Of a DNA stretch of 64,000 nt, positions 24,303 through 37,420 are shown piece after piece (position 1 is the stretch's first letter; each line of letters opens with the position of its first letter). The notes under the pieces are model-generated. The model was not told the DNA's origin. It ran no database searches and worked only from the letters and a program-made list of their open reading frames with translations. The position numbers and the translations under genes are program-made. Source of the DNA: Heptranchias perlo (taxonomy: Eukaryota); the NCBI RefSeq assembly GCF_035084215.1, contig NC_090349.1, forward strand, positions 9,858,001 through 9,922,000. The letters run 5' to 3'.

Positions 24303-26181
24303 CACTTATACTTTAAAGATTAAACTTCTGTCAGTTTACAGCTTTAGAAATGTTTTGACGCCACGCACAAAACTGGGCTGTTCAGTCAAAAAACTGGACA
24401 TTTGTTACCCCAAGCCTCAGTTGGATTCAGCACACATTCTTTTGTAGTGAATCAGTATCTGCATATCATTAATCTGGAACTCCATTGTTATGACACTATG
24501 CTGATTTCACAGTACGTGTTAAAAGAAGGCATGCAGTAGATATTTGAGATCCAGTCAAGCTCAATCTCCAAATCTGGTTCACTTTGTAGTCTCTGAACAA
24601 ATGATACATTTGGTTGATGGTCTCTGCATGCGTCACCATTGCCTATACATTGGCAGCTCCCATTAGAAGTGGCCATATAATAATGTAGGAAATGATTGGA
24701 GGAGAATGAGCTGTTCATCAAGCCAACTCCTTCCAATGGGACGAACACAACTTTACAGGTACTCCACAATTTATTCATTTTCAATTAATGACCACAATCA
24801 ATACTGCTCATGAGGGTATTCTGTACATTTCTTGCTTGAAAAATTCCACGATGTCATGCATCAGAATTTATATTATGTAATGCCGACTAGTTGTATTCCT
24901 AGGTTCTTAACATACTTGGAACCCTTGTGCTCTATATTATATTTAATCTGTTTCTATATTATCCCCATAATCTTTAATCCCTTTCAGAATTTTCAGCCGA
25001 TTTTAAATTGAATTAATTAACATAGCATCCATTGTGGTGGGAGTTTATTTCACTAATCCGTAAGAAATATCTCTATATCGTCATCACTTGCCATTGCCTC
25101 CTGTCTTGAGAATAATACTAATTCCTGCCCAGGCAAATAGGCTTATTACCAAATAGTCTATAGCGTCTTAGATCTGGTTCATTGCTCCCGTCGCCCATTT
25201 TGACGTTAATAATGCTACTAGGAATCCCCATAATATTATGTCTCATTGTGAAACTATCTATTCTATCACAATAAGCATTAGTTATACCTGCTGGGATTTT
25301 TGGTGTTCACCAATTTCAATTTGAAGAGCTGCTGCTTTACATTTTAATTTATAGAATGTTCTTTTATTAATAATTGTAATAAGTGCCATAGGTTGCCCTG
25401 CAAAATATATAATTGTTACTGCGACTTATACTTAACACCCACAATTTTTAGTGGTCACACTCATGACTTTATCATGTAGAAATCGGTACACTTTGTAGTC
25501 TCTGAACAAATGATACATTTCCCAACAGAATTAGCTTTTCCTTAAGATCCACAATAGTTTGTAGAGAATGTCACATGTTCAGAGACTCTGGTTAATGGGG
25601 CATTTCTGGTGTACAGAATTTCTGGAAGTACAGAATTGCAATTTGTCTGCAATTCTGTACTTCTTTAGCAAATGTGATCCATTGAACACTGAGGTGTATG
25701 ATTTGAACCCACCAGGAATGGTCATATGAGAAGAAAACAGTATGAAAGATGGATACTTGATCTTTCGACCTCACAATGAATATGATCAGAACTTCTCTTT
25801 GTTCTATTCCTATAGCTAATCCTGGTTTATCTGTATTATGAACTGCGTTAATAGGATCGCTGGAATCTCTGGTATTATTTGCCAAAACTTAGTTGCTGAT
25901 CTTAGAATCGTACAGCGGAGAAGGAGACCATTCGGCCCATCGTGCCTGTCCCAGCTCTTTGAAAGAGCTATCCAATTAGTCCCACTCCCCTGCTCTTTCC
26001 GCATAACACCGCATTTTTTTTTCCTTTTCGTGTATATAGCCAACTCAAGTGCTCAATTCCACTTGATTGGAATAAATTCGGTTCGAGACAGCTTAGAAAG
26101 AAAACAGCTTTATAAAAAGCGGGAATAATTATATATTTATCGCAGTCCAAGGTATCCTCCCTGCACTATATAGGTAATAAC

Positions 26182-28872
26182 TTTTTTTTCCAAAAAATAT
26201 ACTTTATTCATAAAATTTGCAGCAGTTCATACAATACAGTTCTCATATCACATTCCAAACATACACAATATCGATTATGCAATTTGCAGGTTACATCAAG
26301 TACAGTTCAATGAAACACATTGGACATCATTACAGTTCATGACACTCTAGGGTGCCTCATTGCATCACAATCAATACAGGTGATTCATTACAGATTCATT
26401 GCAGATTTATTGCGGGTACATTACATCAATTTTGAATTTTACATTCTGCCCGAGGGGGTTTTTCCCTGATTGCAGCCCCTCGGTATACAATGGCGGGAAG
26501 GCTCTAAACGGTTGCCTTTCCCCACAGAGCCTTTGCGGCGGTCGCACCCATCCTCAGTGCGTCCCTCAGCACGTAGTCCTGGACCTTGGAATGTGCCAGT
26601 CTGCAACACTCGGTCGAGGACAGCTCCTTGTGCTGGAAGACCAGCAAGTTTCGGGCAGACCAAAGGGTGTCTTTCACCGAGTTGATGGTCTTCCAGCAGC
26701 AACTGATGTCCGTCTCAGTGTGCGTCCCCGGGAACAGCCCGTAGAGCACAGAATCCTGTGTTACGGAACTGCTCGGGACGAACCTGGACAGATACCACTG
26801 CATCTCTCTCCAGACCTTCTTTGCAAAGGCACATTCCAGAAGGAGATGGGTGACGGTCTTGTCTCCACCGCAGCCTCCTCTGGGACAGCGCGCGGTGGCG
26901 CTGAGAGTCCGGGAGTACATGAAGGATCTGACGGGAAGGTCCCTTCTCACCACCAGCCAAGCTAGGTCTTGGTGCTTGTTTGAAAGCTCTGGCGATGAGG
27001 CGTTCTGCCAAATGACATTGACAGTCTGCTCGGGGAACCAACCGACAGGATCCACCATCTCCTTTTCCCGCAGGGTCTCGAGGACGTTACGTGTGGACCA
27101 CTTGCTGATCGCCTTGTGGTCAAAGGTGTTTTTCTGCACAAACTTTTCCACGAAGGACAGGTGGGGCGGAACGGTCCAACTGGACGGAGCGTTCCGTGGC
27201 AGCGTGGCCAGGCCCATCCTTCTCAACACCGGGGACAGGTAGAACCTCAGCACGTAGTGACACTTTTTGTTTGCGTACTGAGGGTCTATGCACAGCTTGA
27301 TGCAGCCGCACACAAAGGTGGCCATCAGGATGAGGGCCATGTTGGGCACGCCTTTCCCCCCTTTCTCTGGAGATTTGTACATCGTGACCCTGCGGAAACA
27401 GTCCATTTTTGATCTCCAGACAAAGCGGAAGATGGCACGGGTGACTGTCGAGGCGCAGGAGCGAGGTATGGGCCAGACCTGCACCACGTACAGCAACACC
27501 GAGAGCACCTTGCACCTGATGACCAGACTCTTGCCCACGATCGAGAGGGATCGTCGATCCCACAGTCCCAGTTTCTGCTTAACCTTGGAAATACGCTCCT
27601 CCCAGTTTTTGGTGCACGCCCCGCCCCCCCCCGAACCAGATCCCCAGCACCTTCAGGTAATCCGACCTGACGGTGAAGGGGACAAAGGATCGGTCGGTCC
27701 AGTTCCCAAAGAACATGGCCTCGCTCTTGCTACGATTTACCCTGGCCCCCGAGGCCAGTTCGAACTGGTCGCAGATGCTCATCAATCTGCGGACCGAGAG
27801 CTGATCCGAGCAAAAGACGGCGACGTCATCCATGTACAGGGAGGCCTTGACCTGAGTACCTCCGCTGCCTGGGATCGTCACCCCTCTTATGCCTGCATCC
27901 CTCCTGATGGACTCGGCAAGGGGTTCGATGCAACACACGAACAAGACGGAGGAGAGAGGACAGCCCTGCCTGACTCCAGATTTGATCGGAAAGCTTTCTG
28001 ATTCCCACCTGTTGATTGAAACTGCGCTACTGATGTTTGTGTAGAGCAGTTGGATCCAATTGCGGATTCCCTCCCCAAACCCCATTTTGGAGAGCACGTC
28101 CATCATGTACGTGTGGGATATTCTGTCAAAGGCCTTCTCCTGGTCCAGGCTGATCAGGCAGGTGTTCACCCACCTGTCCTGTACGTAGGCAATCGTATCC
28201 CTGAGTAGTGCCAGGCTATCAGAGATCTTCCTGCCGGGTACGGTGCAGGTCTGATCGGGGTGGATCACCACCTCCAGGGCTGACTTGACCCGATTGGCGG
28301 TGACCTTGGACAGAATTTTGTAGTCCACGTTAAGTAGTGAGATGGGTCGCTGATTTTTGATTTCTTCCCTCTCCCCCTTCCGCTTGTAGATGAGGGTGAT
28401 GATGCCTTTCCTCATGGAGTCTGACATGCTCCCTGCCAGAAGCATACCCCCGTACACTTCCAGCAGGTCTGGGCCTATCCAGTCCCACAGAGCCGAGTAC
28501 AACTCCATCGGTAAGCCGTCGCTTCCGGGAGTCTTACTCTTCTCAAAGGAACGGATGGCCTTTGTCAGTTCGTCCAGAGTTAGCGGGTGATCCAGACTCT
28601 CCCGCTTGCTGTCGTCTAGAACCTCCGTGATAGACGACAAGAAGGAGTGGGAGGCCGCGCTGTCTGTGGGCTTCGCGTCGTACAGTCCGGCATAAAAGGA
28701 TTTGCAGATCCTCAGTATGTCGGGCTGTGAGGACGTGACCGAGCCGTCCTCTTCCTTCAGTCTGCTAATCACAGAGCTCTCTCTGTGCACCTTTTGGAAG
28801 AAGAAGTGCGAGCAAGTCTCGTCCTGCTCCACGGAGCGGACTCTGGACCGGAAGATGATCTTGGAGGCCTCG
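26182..28872 (-). mobile_element. 5'-truncated Tx1/L1-clade non-LTR retrotransposon (RT plus C-terminal zinc-binding domain, AATAAA and poly-A tail)
   Basis: KTPGSDG, RPISLLNVDYKILSK, LDQEKAFD, GVRQGCPLS, YMDD; CxxxxC..ET-like/HLLLEC motif; frameshift in the C-run near 27620-27632; tail at 26182-26210. Confidence 0.92.
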
Positions 28873-30039
28873 GACTGGCTCAATAATAGCGTTACCATCG
28901 TGACACTCATAATGCATCTATGAAGTCCTCTTCTCAACGCTGACCGTGCGGAACTGCGTTTTACCTGGAGCAGTTGAGGTTTACATAGATACGTTTTCCA
29001 AAACAACAAAGAAAGCGTGAAGCGATTTGAAAAATAGGGGTCCTGAGTTAGGAATTTAAAAAACGTGCTGGTAAAATCGAATTTCAAGAAAAGCTCTGAA
29101 ATTATAAGCATATGTATGTTTATGCATAGATATATTTGCGAGTCTCTAGGTGCACTGACATTTAACTATGTAAATTAGATTAACTCTTTACTCCTATTTC
29201 AGTAATGCCTGGGTTTCCCTTTTCACTTTGAAAAGTGGGGCACTCTACCAGTGAAATTGGATAGATTTTTATTAAGGAGATTTTCAGTCAAGTAATATAA
29301 TCTGAGGAATATCTTTTCCCTCTTCATCCTGATTTTTATATATTACACTTTATTTATAGCGTACCTGGTCAAAATCAAATTTATGGCGTCCCCAACAATC
29401 CCAGCCTTCTGTTGATCTATTCTTACGTGGAGTTCCATTTGTATAGCGTTACATTCATCGCATGAGTGTTATAACAGGCGTCATACAAACATATTTATTC
29501 AGGTTTGGATGAGAAGTACCACTGAATGGCATTAGTTGACTTCTATCATTCCCCGTTTTCTGATTTCATCTTCATGTAATCCTCGCTCCTTACTCACATT
29601 GCTGCTAAAATACTCTTCACATTCCAATGGTGGGTGCACTATAAAGACAGCACTAAAGCAATAAGTCACAACTGGTTTTCTAGCAAACTAGAAACAATGT
29701 TGTCAAGTTTTGCAAAGATCTGAAATCTATTTGACGCGCTTCCTTGTCATGCTGAGATAACATGCAGCTCCAAGAGGGTGACAGAGATAAACTGGTAAAA
29801 AAATATGCCAACTCATCCACGCTACTATAGTAGCCGGATACACTTAACCATCCAGCAAAGTAGATAAGCCTTTTTTGAAGAAAGGATTGTGACTTCATGC
29901 AAGAGCATTGCACCCAGCACTGAAGCCCGTTATGTACAACAGCACCAAGGTTGAAAAGACTGGAAGAAAAGAAAAATCAAGAAGTTGACGCCCTTTTTAG
30001 GTAGGAAGAAAGGTTTAATAAGGGAAGTAAATAGTTTCA

Positions 30040-30203
30040 TAAATAAAAACAGAAAATGCTGGAAATACACAGCAGGATCTTTCATCATCGACCCAAAACG
30101 GTAATTCTGTTTTTCTCTCCACAGGGACTATTTGACCTGCTGAGTGTTTCCAGCATGTTCTATTTTTAATTTTAGATTTCCAGCATCCTCAGTATTTTGC
30201 TTT
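30040..30203. mobile_element. Penelope-like terminal remnant (inverted arrangement)
   Basis: AAAACAGAAAATGCTGGAAATAC... and its reverse complement ...CTGCTGAGTGTTTCCAGCAT; same family as 5553-6050. Confidence 0.6.
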
Positions 30204-30959
30204 TGTTGTAGAATTTCCTAATTTTGTAGTCGGAGGAGAGAATGAGACAGTGTAAAGGAAGACATATGTGGAACTTAGGAGCAAGGGAGGTAAGTTCAAA
30301 GAAGGAAAGGCAAGTGTAATATTAAGAAAATAAAACAAGAAAGGTTGTGACAAAGAGAGATGTTGGAGGTTAGAGATGAGAGAATGCAATCATCAGATGA
30401 ACATTTTTTTGCTTTCATTCTATCGCTGAATGTCTGAGAGGTGTGTTACAATTTGGGATTTTCCCCAATTCTTCTGTTTTGTATTCACATTGAAACGGTT
30501 CTTATGAGTAGACTGACATCCCTATGATTCAAAACCTGCACCCTTATATGTGTGGAGTAGGTCACCCAGAATTAACAGTTGCCCCCTAATTATGGCATGT
30601 AGTTCAGCAGAGATCACATGAGTTGTCCACTGTATTCTCCTGTTTCCCCAGGAAAATACCAGGCCTTTAGAACTCTAGTACTTTGAAAATTTTCTGAGGT
30701 AAGGGCACATATTTCCCAATTCATCACAGGGCAAAAACTGTACTTTCACTGTAAGGAGCTGGAAGAGCAAAACCTCCCTCCATAACTTTGTGGGTTGGTC
30801 ACAGGGGAAATGTAGTATTTTCACTTTACAGATCCTACCTTGCTAAACATGACCTTCAAAACACGGAGCAAAAGACCCCCTGAAATATCTAAGAATTATT
30901 CTAAGATCGTTCAAAGTTCGTAAAATATAATTGTTATATCATAGTATCATATCATAGTT

Positions 30960-33680
30960 TCATAGTAGGTACAACGCAGGAGGAGACCATTCGGCCCATC
31001 GTGCCTGTGCCGTCTCTTTGAAAGCTATCCAATTAGTCCCATTCCCCTGCTCTTCCCCCATAGCCCTGTATTTTTTCCCTTCAAGCATTTACCCAATTCC
31101 CTTTTGAGAGTTTATATTGAATCTGCCTCCACCACCCTTTCAGGCAGTGCATTCCAGATCATAACAACTCGCTGCATAAAAATATTTCCTCATGTTGCCT
31201 AGAATCATAGAATCAAAGAAAAGTGGTATTTGGCTCATCGAGTCTGCAACGACTCCATGCATGAGCAATCCAACTAGTCCCACTTTGCTGCCCTATCCCC
31301 GTAGCTTTGCACGTTTTTTTTTCATTTCAAGTACTTACCTAGTTCCCTTTTGAAGGCCATAATTGAATCTGCTCCACCACTCCCTCGGGCAATGCATTCC
31401 AGATCCCAACCTCATGTTTTTCCTCATGTGGCCTTTGGTTCTTTTGCCAATCACCTTAAATCTATGCCCTCTGGTTCTTGACCCTTCTGCCAATGGGAAC
31501 AGTTTCTCTCTATCCACTCTGTCTAGACCCTTCATGATTTTGAATACCTCTATCAAATCTCCTCTCAACCTTCTCTGTTCCAAGGAGAACAATCCCAGCT
31601 TCTCCTATCTATCCACGTAATTTTAGTCCCTCATCCCTGGAATCATTCCACTAAATCTCATCTGCACCCTCTCTAATGCCTTCACACCCTTCCTAAAGTG
31701 CGATGCCCAGAACTGGACACAATATTCCAGTTGTGGCCGAACCAGTGTTTTATAAAGGTTCATCATGACTTCCTTGCTTTTGTACTCTATGCCTCTATTT
31801 ATAAAGCCCAGGAACCCGTATGATTTTTTAACCACTTTCTCAACCTGCCCTGCCACCTTCAACGATTTGTGCACATATATCCCCAAATCTCTCTGTTTCT
31901 CTACCCATTATAGAATTGTGCCCTCTAGTTTATAATGCCTCTCCTCATTTTTCCTACCGAAATGCATCACCTCGCATTTTTCCACGTTAAACTTCATCTG
32001 CCACGTGTCTGCCCATGCCATCAGCCAGTCTATATCCTCTTGAAATCTATCACTACCCTCCTCACTGTTCACTATGCTTTCAAGTTTTGTGTCATCTGCA
32101 AATTTTGAAATGGTGCCCTGTACTACCAAGTACAAGTCATTAATATATACCAAGAAAAGCAGTGGTTCCAGCACAGACCCCTGGGGAAGACCACTGCACA
32201 CCTCCCTCCAGTCCAAAAAACAACCGTTCACCACTACTCTCTGTTTCCTGTCATTTAGCCAGTTATGTATGCATGTTGATATTGCCCCCTTTATTCCATG
32301 GACCACAATGTTGATAACAAGCCTACCATGTGGCACTTTATCAAACGCTTTTTGAAAACCCGTGTACACCATATCAACTACATTGCCCTCATCTACGCTC
32401 TCTGTTACCTCATCAAACAACTCTATCAAGGTGGTTAAACACGATTTGCCTTTAACAAATCCGTGTTGGCTTTCCCTAATGAATCCACATTCGTCCATGT
32501 GACGGTTAATTCTGTCCTGGGTTATCATTTCCAAATGTTTTGCCACCACCGAGGTTAAACTGACTGGCCTATAGTTGCTGGCATATAGTTTTTTGAATAA
32601 GGCTGTAACACTTGCAATTCTCCAGTGCTCTGGTACCACCCCTGGATCTTAGGATGTCTGGAAGATTATGGCCAGTACCTCTACAATTTCCCCCCTTACT
32701 TCCCTCAGGGTGCATCCCACCCGAACCAGGTGAGTTATCTATTTTAAGTACAGTTAGTCTTTCTAATACCTCTTCTTTCTCAATTTTTAGCCCATCCAGT
32801 ATCTTAGCTATATCTTCCTTTACCGAAACTCTGGCAGCATCTTCTTCCTTGGTAATTACCTATTTAGTACCTCCGCCATGCCCACTACCTCCATGAGTAG
32901 ATCTCCTTTATGGTCCCTAATCAGTCCCACTCCTCTTATTACCTGTTTACTGTTAACATGTCTGTAGAAGACTTTTGGATTCCCTTTTATGTTGCCCGCT
33001 AGTCTATTCTCATACTTTCTCTTTACCCCCCTTATTTCCTTTTTCACTTCCCCTCTGAACTTTCTTTATTTTCTTTGGTTGGCACTTGTTGACACTCTGG
33101 TTGGCACTTGAGCCTCTGGCTCTTTTACCGATCAACTTAAATCTGTGTCCTCTGGTTACTGAACCTTCTACCATTGGAAAAAGTTTCTTCCTATTTACTC
33201 CATCAAAACCATTTATGATCTTGAACACCTCTATCAAATCTCCCCTTAACCTTCCCTGTTCTAATGAGAACAACCCCAGCTTCTCGAATCTCTCCACATA
33301 ACTGAAGTCCCTCATCCCTGGTACCATTCTAGTAAATCTCCTCTGCACCCTCTCTAAGGCCATCCTTCCTAAAGTGTGGTGCCCAGAATTGAACACAATA
33401 CTCCAACTGAGGCCTAACTAGTGTTTTATAAAGGTTTAGCATAACTTCCTTGCTTTTAATAAAGCCCAGGATCCCATATGCTTTTTTAACAGCCTTCTCA
33501 ACTTGTCTTGCCACCTTCAAAGATTTGTGTCTGTGCACCTCCAGGTCTTTTTGTTCCCGTACCCCCTTTAAAATTGTACCATTTAGTTTATTTTGCCTCT
33601 CAAAATGCATCACTTCACACTTCTCTGCGTTAAATTTCATCAACCATGTGTCTGCCCATTTCACCAATCTGTCTATGTTT
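30960..33680 (-). mobile_element. Stack of nested/adjacent CR1 fragments (RT-containing copy about 31200-33090; further 3' fragments)
   Basis: NYRPVSLTSVV, QHGFVKGKSC, PQGSVL, FADD; interrupted by frameshifts. Confidence 0.9.
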
Positions 33681-33714
33681 GTTATGTTTTAAGAACAAAC
33701 AATATCTCCCATTT

Positions 33715-33985
33715 ATATAGTGCCTTTAATGTAGTAAAACACCCCATGGCTTAACAGGAGCTTAATCAGATAAAAATTGACACCGAGCCAAAGAGGAGAT
33801 ATTAGGATGGGTGACTAAAAGCTTGATCAGATGTAGGTTTTAAGGAGCATATTAAAGGTGGAGACAGAGTGCCGAAGTGTAGGGAGGGAATTCCAGAGCT
33901 TAGGGCCTATACGTCTGAAGGCACGGCTGCCAATGGTGGGCGAAGGAAGTGGCACAATGGGCCAGAGTTGGATGAATTTAAAGAG
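33715..33985 (-). mobile_element. L2 LINE 3' end
   Basis: IGSRAF...GPKLWNSLP...FNMLLKTY remnant. Confidence 0.7.
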
Positions 33986-34629
33986 ACAGGGTCTATAAGA
34001 AAAAGTGTTTTGGCGGAGCTTATTGTGTTTGCAAATGCGAAATACAATGAGCTGAATCACAGTGAAACATGTTCTGGTGCCACATATAGTTAACGTCCGT
34101 TTAGCATAGGGCAGGTGGATCCGCTCTATGTGAGCAATAATATTCAGCTTGTTAGTAAATATTTTAAAACAAATCGCAGAGAAAAAAATCTTTACTCAAG
34201 GGGTGATACACACTTGGAATACGCTACCGTCAGGTAGTCGAGTCAAAAGCATTAGTTCAAAGTACCATTGGATGCTCGGCTATCTGAGGTGGAGTACTAA
34301 TAGAATCTGCTCAATGAGCCCAATGACCCGTTTCTGACACGTGATCTTTTTCTCGAGTTCTTACGAACATCAAAACTTTGTACACATTTATTTAGCCAGC
34401 ACACGATAGGATGTAGGATGCCTGTCATGCTTTGATATACAATTATAACATGTAGCGCTGCCTCGTATTACTCTGAATTATCATGGGGGCATACGAATCC
34501 ATGAATTTTAACCAGCCAAACCAATAAAACTAAAATTACTAATAACCGCCGAATTCGATGCCCTTTTGTTGGTTTCGTGCTATGGCACAGTGCTCTGTTG
34601 CAGCGCACGCTCTCAGTGCGTCTTAACAC

Positions 34630-34905
34630 GTTTCTGGGTGGGGCTGATTATTTAACTCAACAGTTTGTTTATGGACCTGTCGCTCACTTTATCAGCTAGA
34701 GCAGAGTTCCCTCTTTGCTGTAGCCGTAGTGCCCTGACGTGGACACTCAAAGTTGAAGAGAATTGAAGAGTTTTATTTGAACTGTATCGGTGTAAAAACT
34801 TGTGCACACGTATTGGATATAAATTTGATCGCCCTGTAATTTAGCTGATAAGAAGGAAGGTATTATAGTGGGGCGTGATACATATCCACTGGAAGACACT
34901 GCAAG
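34630..34905 (+). promoter_or_regulatory. Putative GP1BB promoter and non-coding first exon
   Basis: GGGTGGGG box ~34637; TTATCA 34689; TATAAA 34818; TGATAA 34846 next to GGAA; donor AAG|GTAATT at 34905/34906; the GP1BB CDS is preceded by an acceptor, so an upstream exon is required. Confidence 0.5.
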
Positions 34906-36832
34906 GTAATTGAGGCATTTCATTTAATAAGTGCAACCGCATGTGACGTTTCATCGATTTAATATATTTCATGGCAGATTTTAAAAAATATTTACATGTT
35001 CTTGGTTTTTTGGCAACCAATAGGCAAGAATCATTGCCAAGGACATATAAATATGGAATGAAGTATTGGATGAAGAGGATTGCTCCTGGTTATATTCCCT
35101 TTATGTTGTCGCTGTGAGATTTAAGGTTAGTAAAATGGATTATTATATTCGAATCAATATAGACATAAATGAATAATAAGACAATCTCCAGCATGTGGCC
35201 CTGAAACTCCGCGGAGTTATTCTTGCTGTCCCGGTAATTCATGCGGGAGTCTGGTGGAACCCATAAAGAAACCGAGTGGAAAACGTCCGTGCGCGCGTTT
35301 CGCCCGGGTTTACGCCGGTCTCCCGCTCAAATTATTCGCAGAAGAGCGGGTGATGGTGCAGCAGAATTCCATTGCATTTATGTGACTCTTTCAATGCAGA
35401 AAAACGCCCCAAAGCGTTTCACAGGTTCCTAAAAAAAAGAAATGAACGGAGCCACGGCAAGATATATTAGGAGGGATGATCAATCTGAATTACATGTCGG
35501 GAGCGATGGGTTATGGAAAATAAGCTGGGGGTGCAGTACAACCAGTTATTACACCAGTACTGTGGGTGTACCGTAATTCTGACTATGTCAGAGGTGGCTA
35601 AAGATCCCCAAAACACCGCTCGCTAACGTGTATTTTCGTTATACAAGATGTCAAACTTGATTGACTTAGTCTATTTCTCTCACATTTTAACATTTCCCTT
35701 TTATTCATGCGTTTCTCCCATATTTGGCTGGTCAACAACTATTAGGTGGTTGGAACACGAGGCCCCAAACATCAGTAATGATTTCACCTTTTCTTCCTTT
35801 TTGTAGGTGGCCCTATGCTTGTCCTCTGTAGTCTCCTCTCTTCTCGAGGTGGTGAATAATAACTGAGCGGGTGAATTATTACGCAGCGAGTTGTTATGAT
35901 CTGGAATGCACTGCCTGAAAGGGTGGTGGAAGCGGATTCAATAATACCTTTCAAAAGGAATTGGATATATATTTGAAAAGGAAAACATTTGCAGGGCAAT
36001 GGGGGAAGGGAAAGTGGGTGGGACTATTTGGACAGCTCTTTCAAAGAGCCGGCACAGGCACAATGGGCCGAATGGCCTCCTTCAGTGCTGTAATATTCTA
36101 TGGCTCCATGGGCGCCCAAAGTGGTCTGGCATCTTGAACACGCGATTATTCCTCATGCATTAGACTACAAATTCATAGTTTGCATCTTATTGGATCCCAA
36201 AAAAGGAGCAAATATAGCCCAGACCCTTTTGCACCTGAAGTCACTTTTCAGCGTAGGTTAGTAGACTGCAGCGACGAGCCCATTCTTTGCTTGATCCATA
36301 TCTCTCCCCAGCCCGAACTCTGAGAATAGCTGTCAACTATGACATGCATTTATAGACAGCCCGATAGCCAATACATCAGAAATCGCAACTAATGACAACT
36401 ATGTTTAAATTATTCCATAAATGGTATTTGGTTTGGAGCTGCTCTGTAAAAAGCAAGATTTGAAATGGTCAGAATGTATCCCAGTTCTTGTATTTAATGA
36501 CGTTTCCTTAAAGCAATTTTGATGTAGATTGCATCAAAATTTTGAAATACAGAAATAATAGTGCAATGATACTTTAAGGAATGAAAACTCAGCAGAACTG
36601 TTGTGGCTGGGTCCTCTACCTTCGTGGCATTGTGTCTGGCTATGATGTCTCATTACTCTGATTATAATTTTCAGATAAACACTCAATTCCATTTTATCTG
36701 TCTCGGGCTATGTTTTGACAAGGCACTGTATTTTCCATTTATTGCTTTTTGAGTATTTGTTTCTATTGTTCACAATCAGCGACTCTTTAATGCTTTATTT
36801 TTCGAACTAACTCGCTAATTTTTTTCCAGACG

Positions 36833-37420
36833 ATGACAATGGTGAGCCAGCAAGAAGTTTTCCTTGTGTTTCTCTCCTTGGTTCCAGTGGCGGTCTTCCA
36901 GTGCCCGGTGCTATGTCGCTGTTCTGGGAACTTTATGGACTGCAGCGGCCAGGAGCTGAATGTCAGCACAATTCCCAAGCGTTTTGCGGCCACCGTCACT
37001 GAGATCAAACTGAACAACAACAAATTATCGGCCATCCCCAATGGACTGTTTGACCCTCTGCAGTACCTCAGATCGGTTTCATTGGACAACAACCCATGGA
37101 CCTGTGATTGCAATATTTTATACCTAAGATCCTGGCTTCTCAAACAGGAAGCCCGACCTCAATATAAGAACATAAAGTGCTCCTCGCCGGCTGAGCTCCA
37201 GGACAGGCGGATCATGTATCTAACGGAGGATGAAATTGTCGCCACCTGTCAGGACTGGTACTGTAATATTGCTCTGATGTGTCAGATCGGACTCTTCGCC
37301 TTCGTCGTCATTCAGGCCATTCTTCTAATATTCGTTATAATATTTCTGAGGAGATTTGAAGCTCTTTCCAAGGAGGCGATTCGACCACCGAAAGAAGATC
37401 ATTTTCGGAATGCGATGTGA
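36833..37420 (+). CDS. GP1BB: Platelet/thrombocyte glycoprotein Ib beta chain (signal peptide, LRRNT, single LRR, LRRCT, TM)
   Basis: CPxxCxC..DC, NPWxCDC..YLRxWL, YLTEDE..C...C juxtamembrane, hydrophobic TM; downstream of SEPT5 as in tetrapods; branch point CTAAC ~36807 and AG at 36828-36829. Confidence 0.92.
   Translation: MTMVSQQEVFLVFLSLVPVAVFQCPVLCRCSGNFMDCSGQELNVSTIPKRFAATVTEIKLNNNKLSAIPNGLFDPLQYLRSVSLDNNPWTCDCNILYLRSWLLKQEARPQYKNIKCSSPAELQDRRIMYLTEDEIVATCQDWYCNIALMCQIGLFAFVVIQAILLIFVIIFLRRFEALSKEAIRPPKEDHFRNAM

Noticed and set aside
28873-29111. N-terminal extension of the 510-aa Tx1 ORF
   Set aside because: Chance read-through into AT-rich flank beyond the 5' truncation point
36833-37420. 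GP9 as an alternative identity
   Set aside because: YLTEDE..C...C juxtamembrane pattern and position after SEPT5 favour GP1BB
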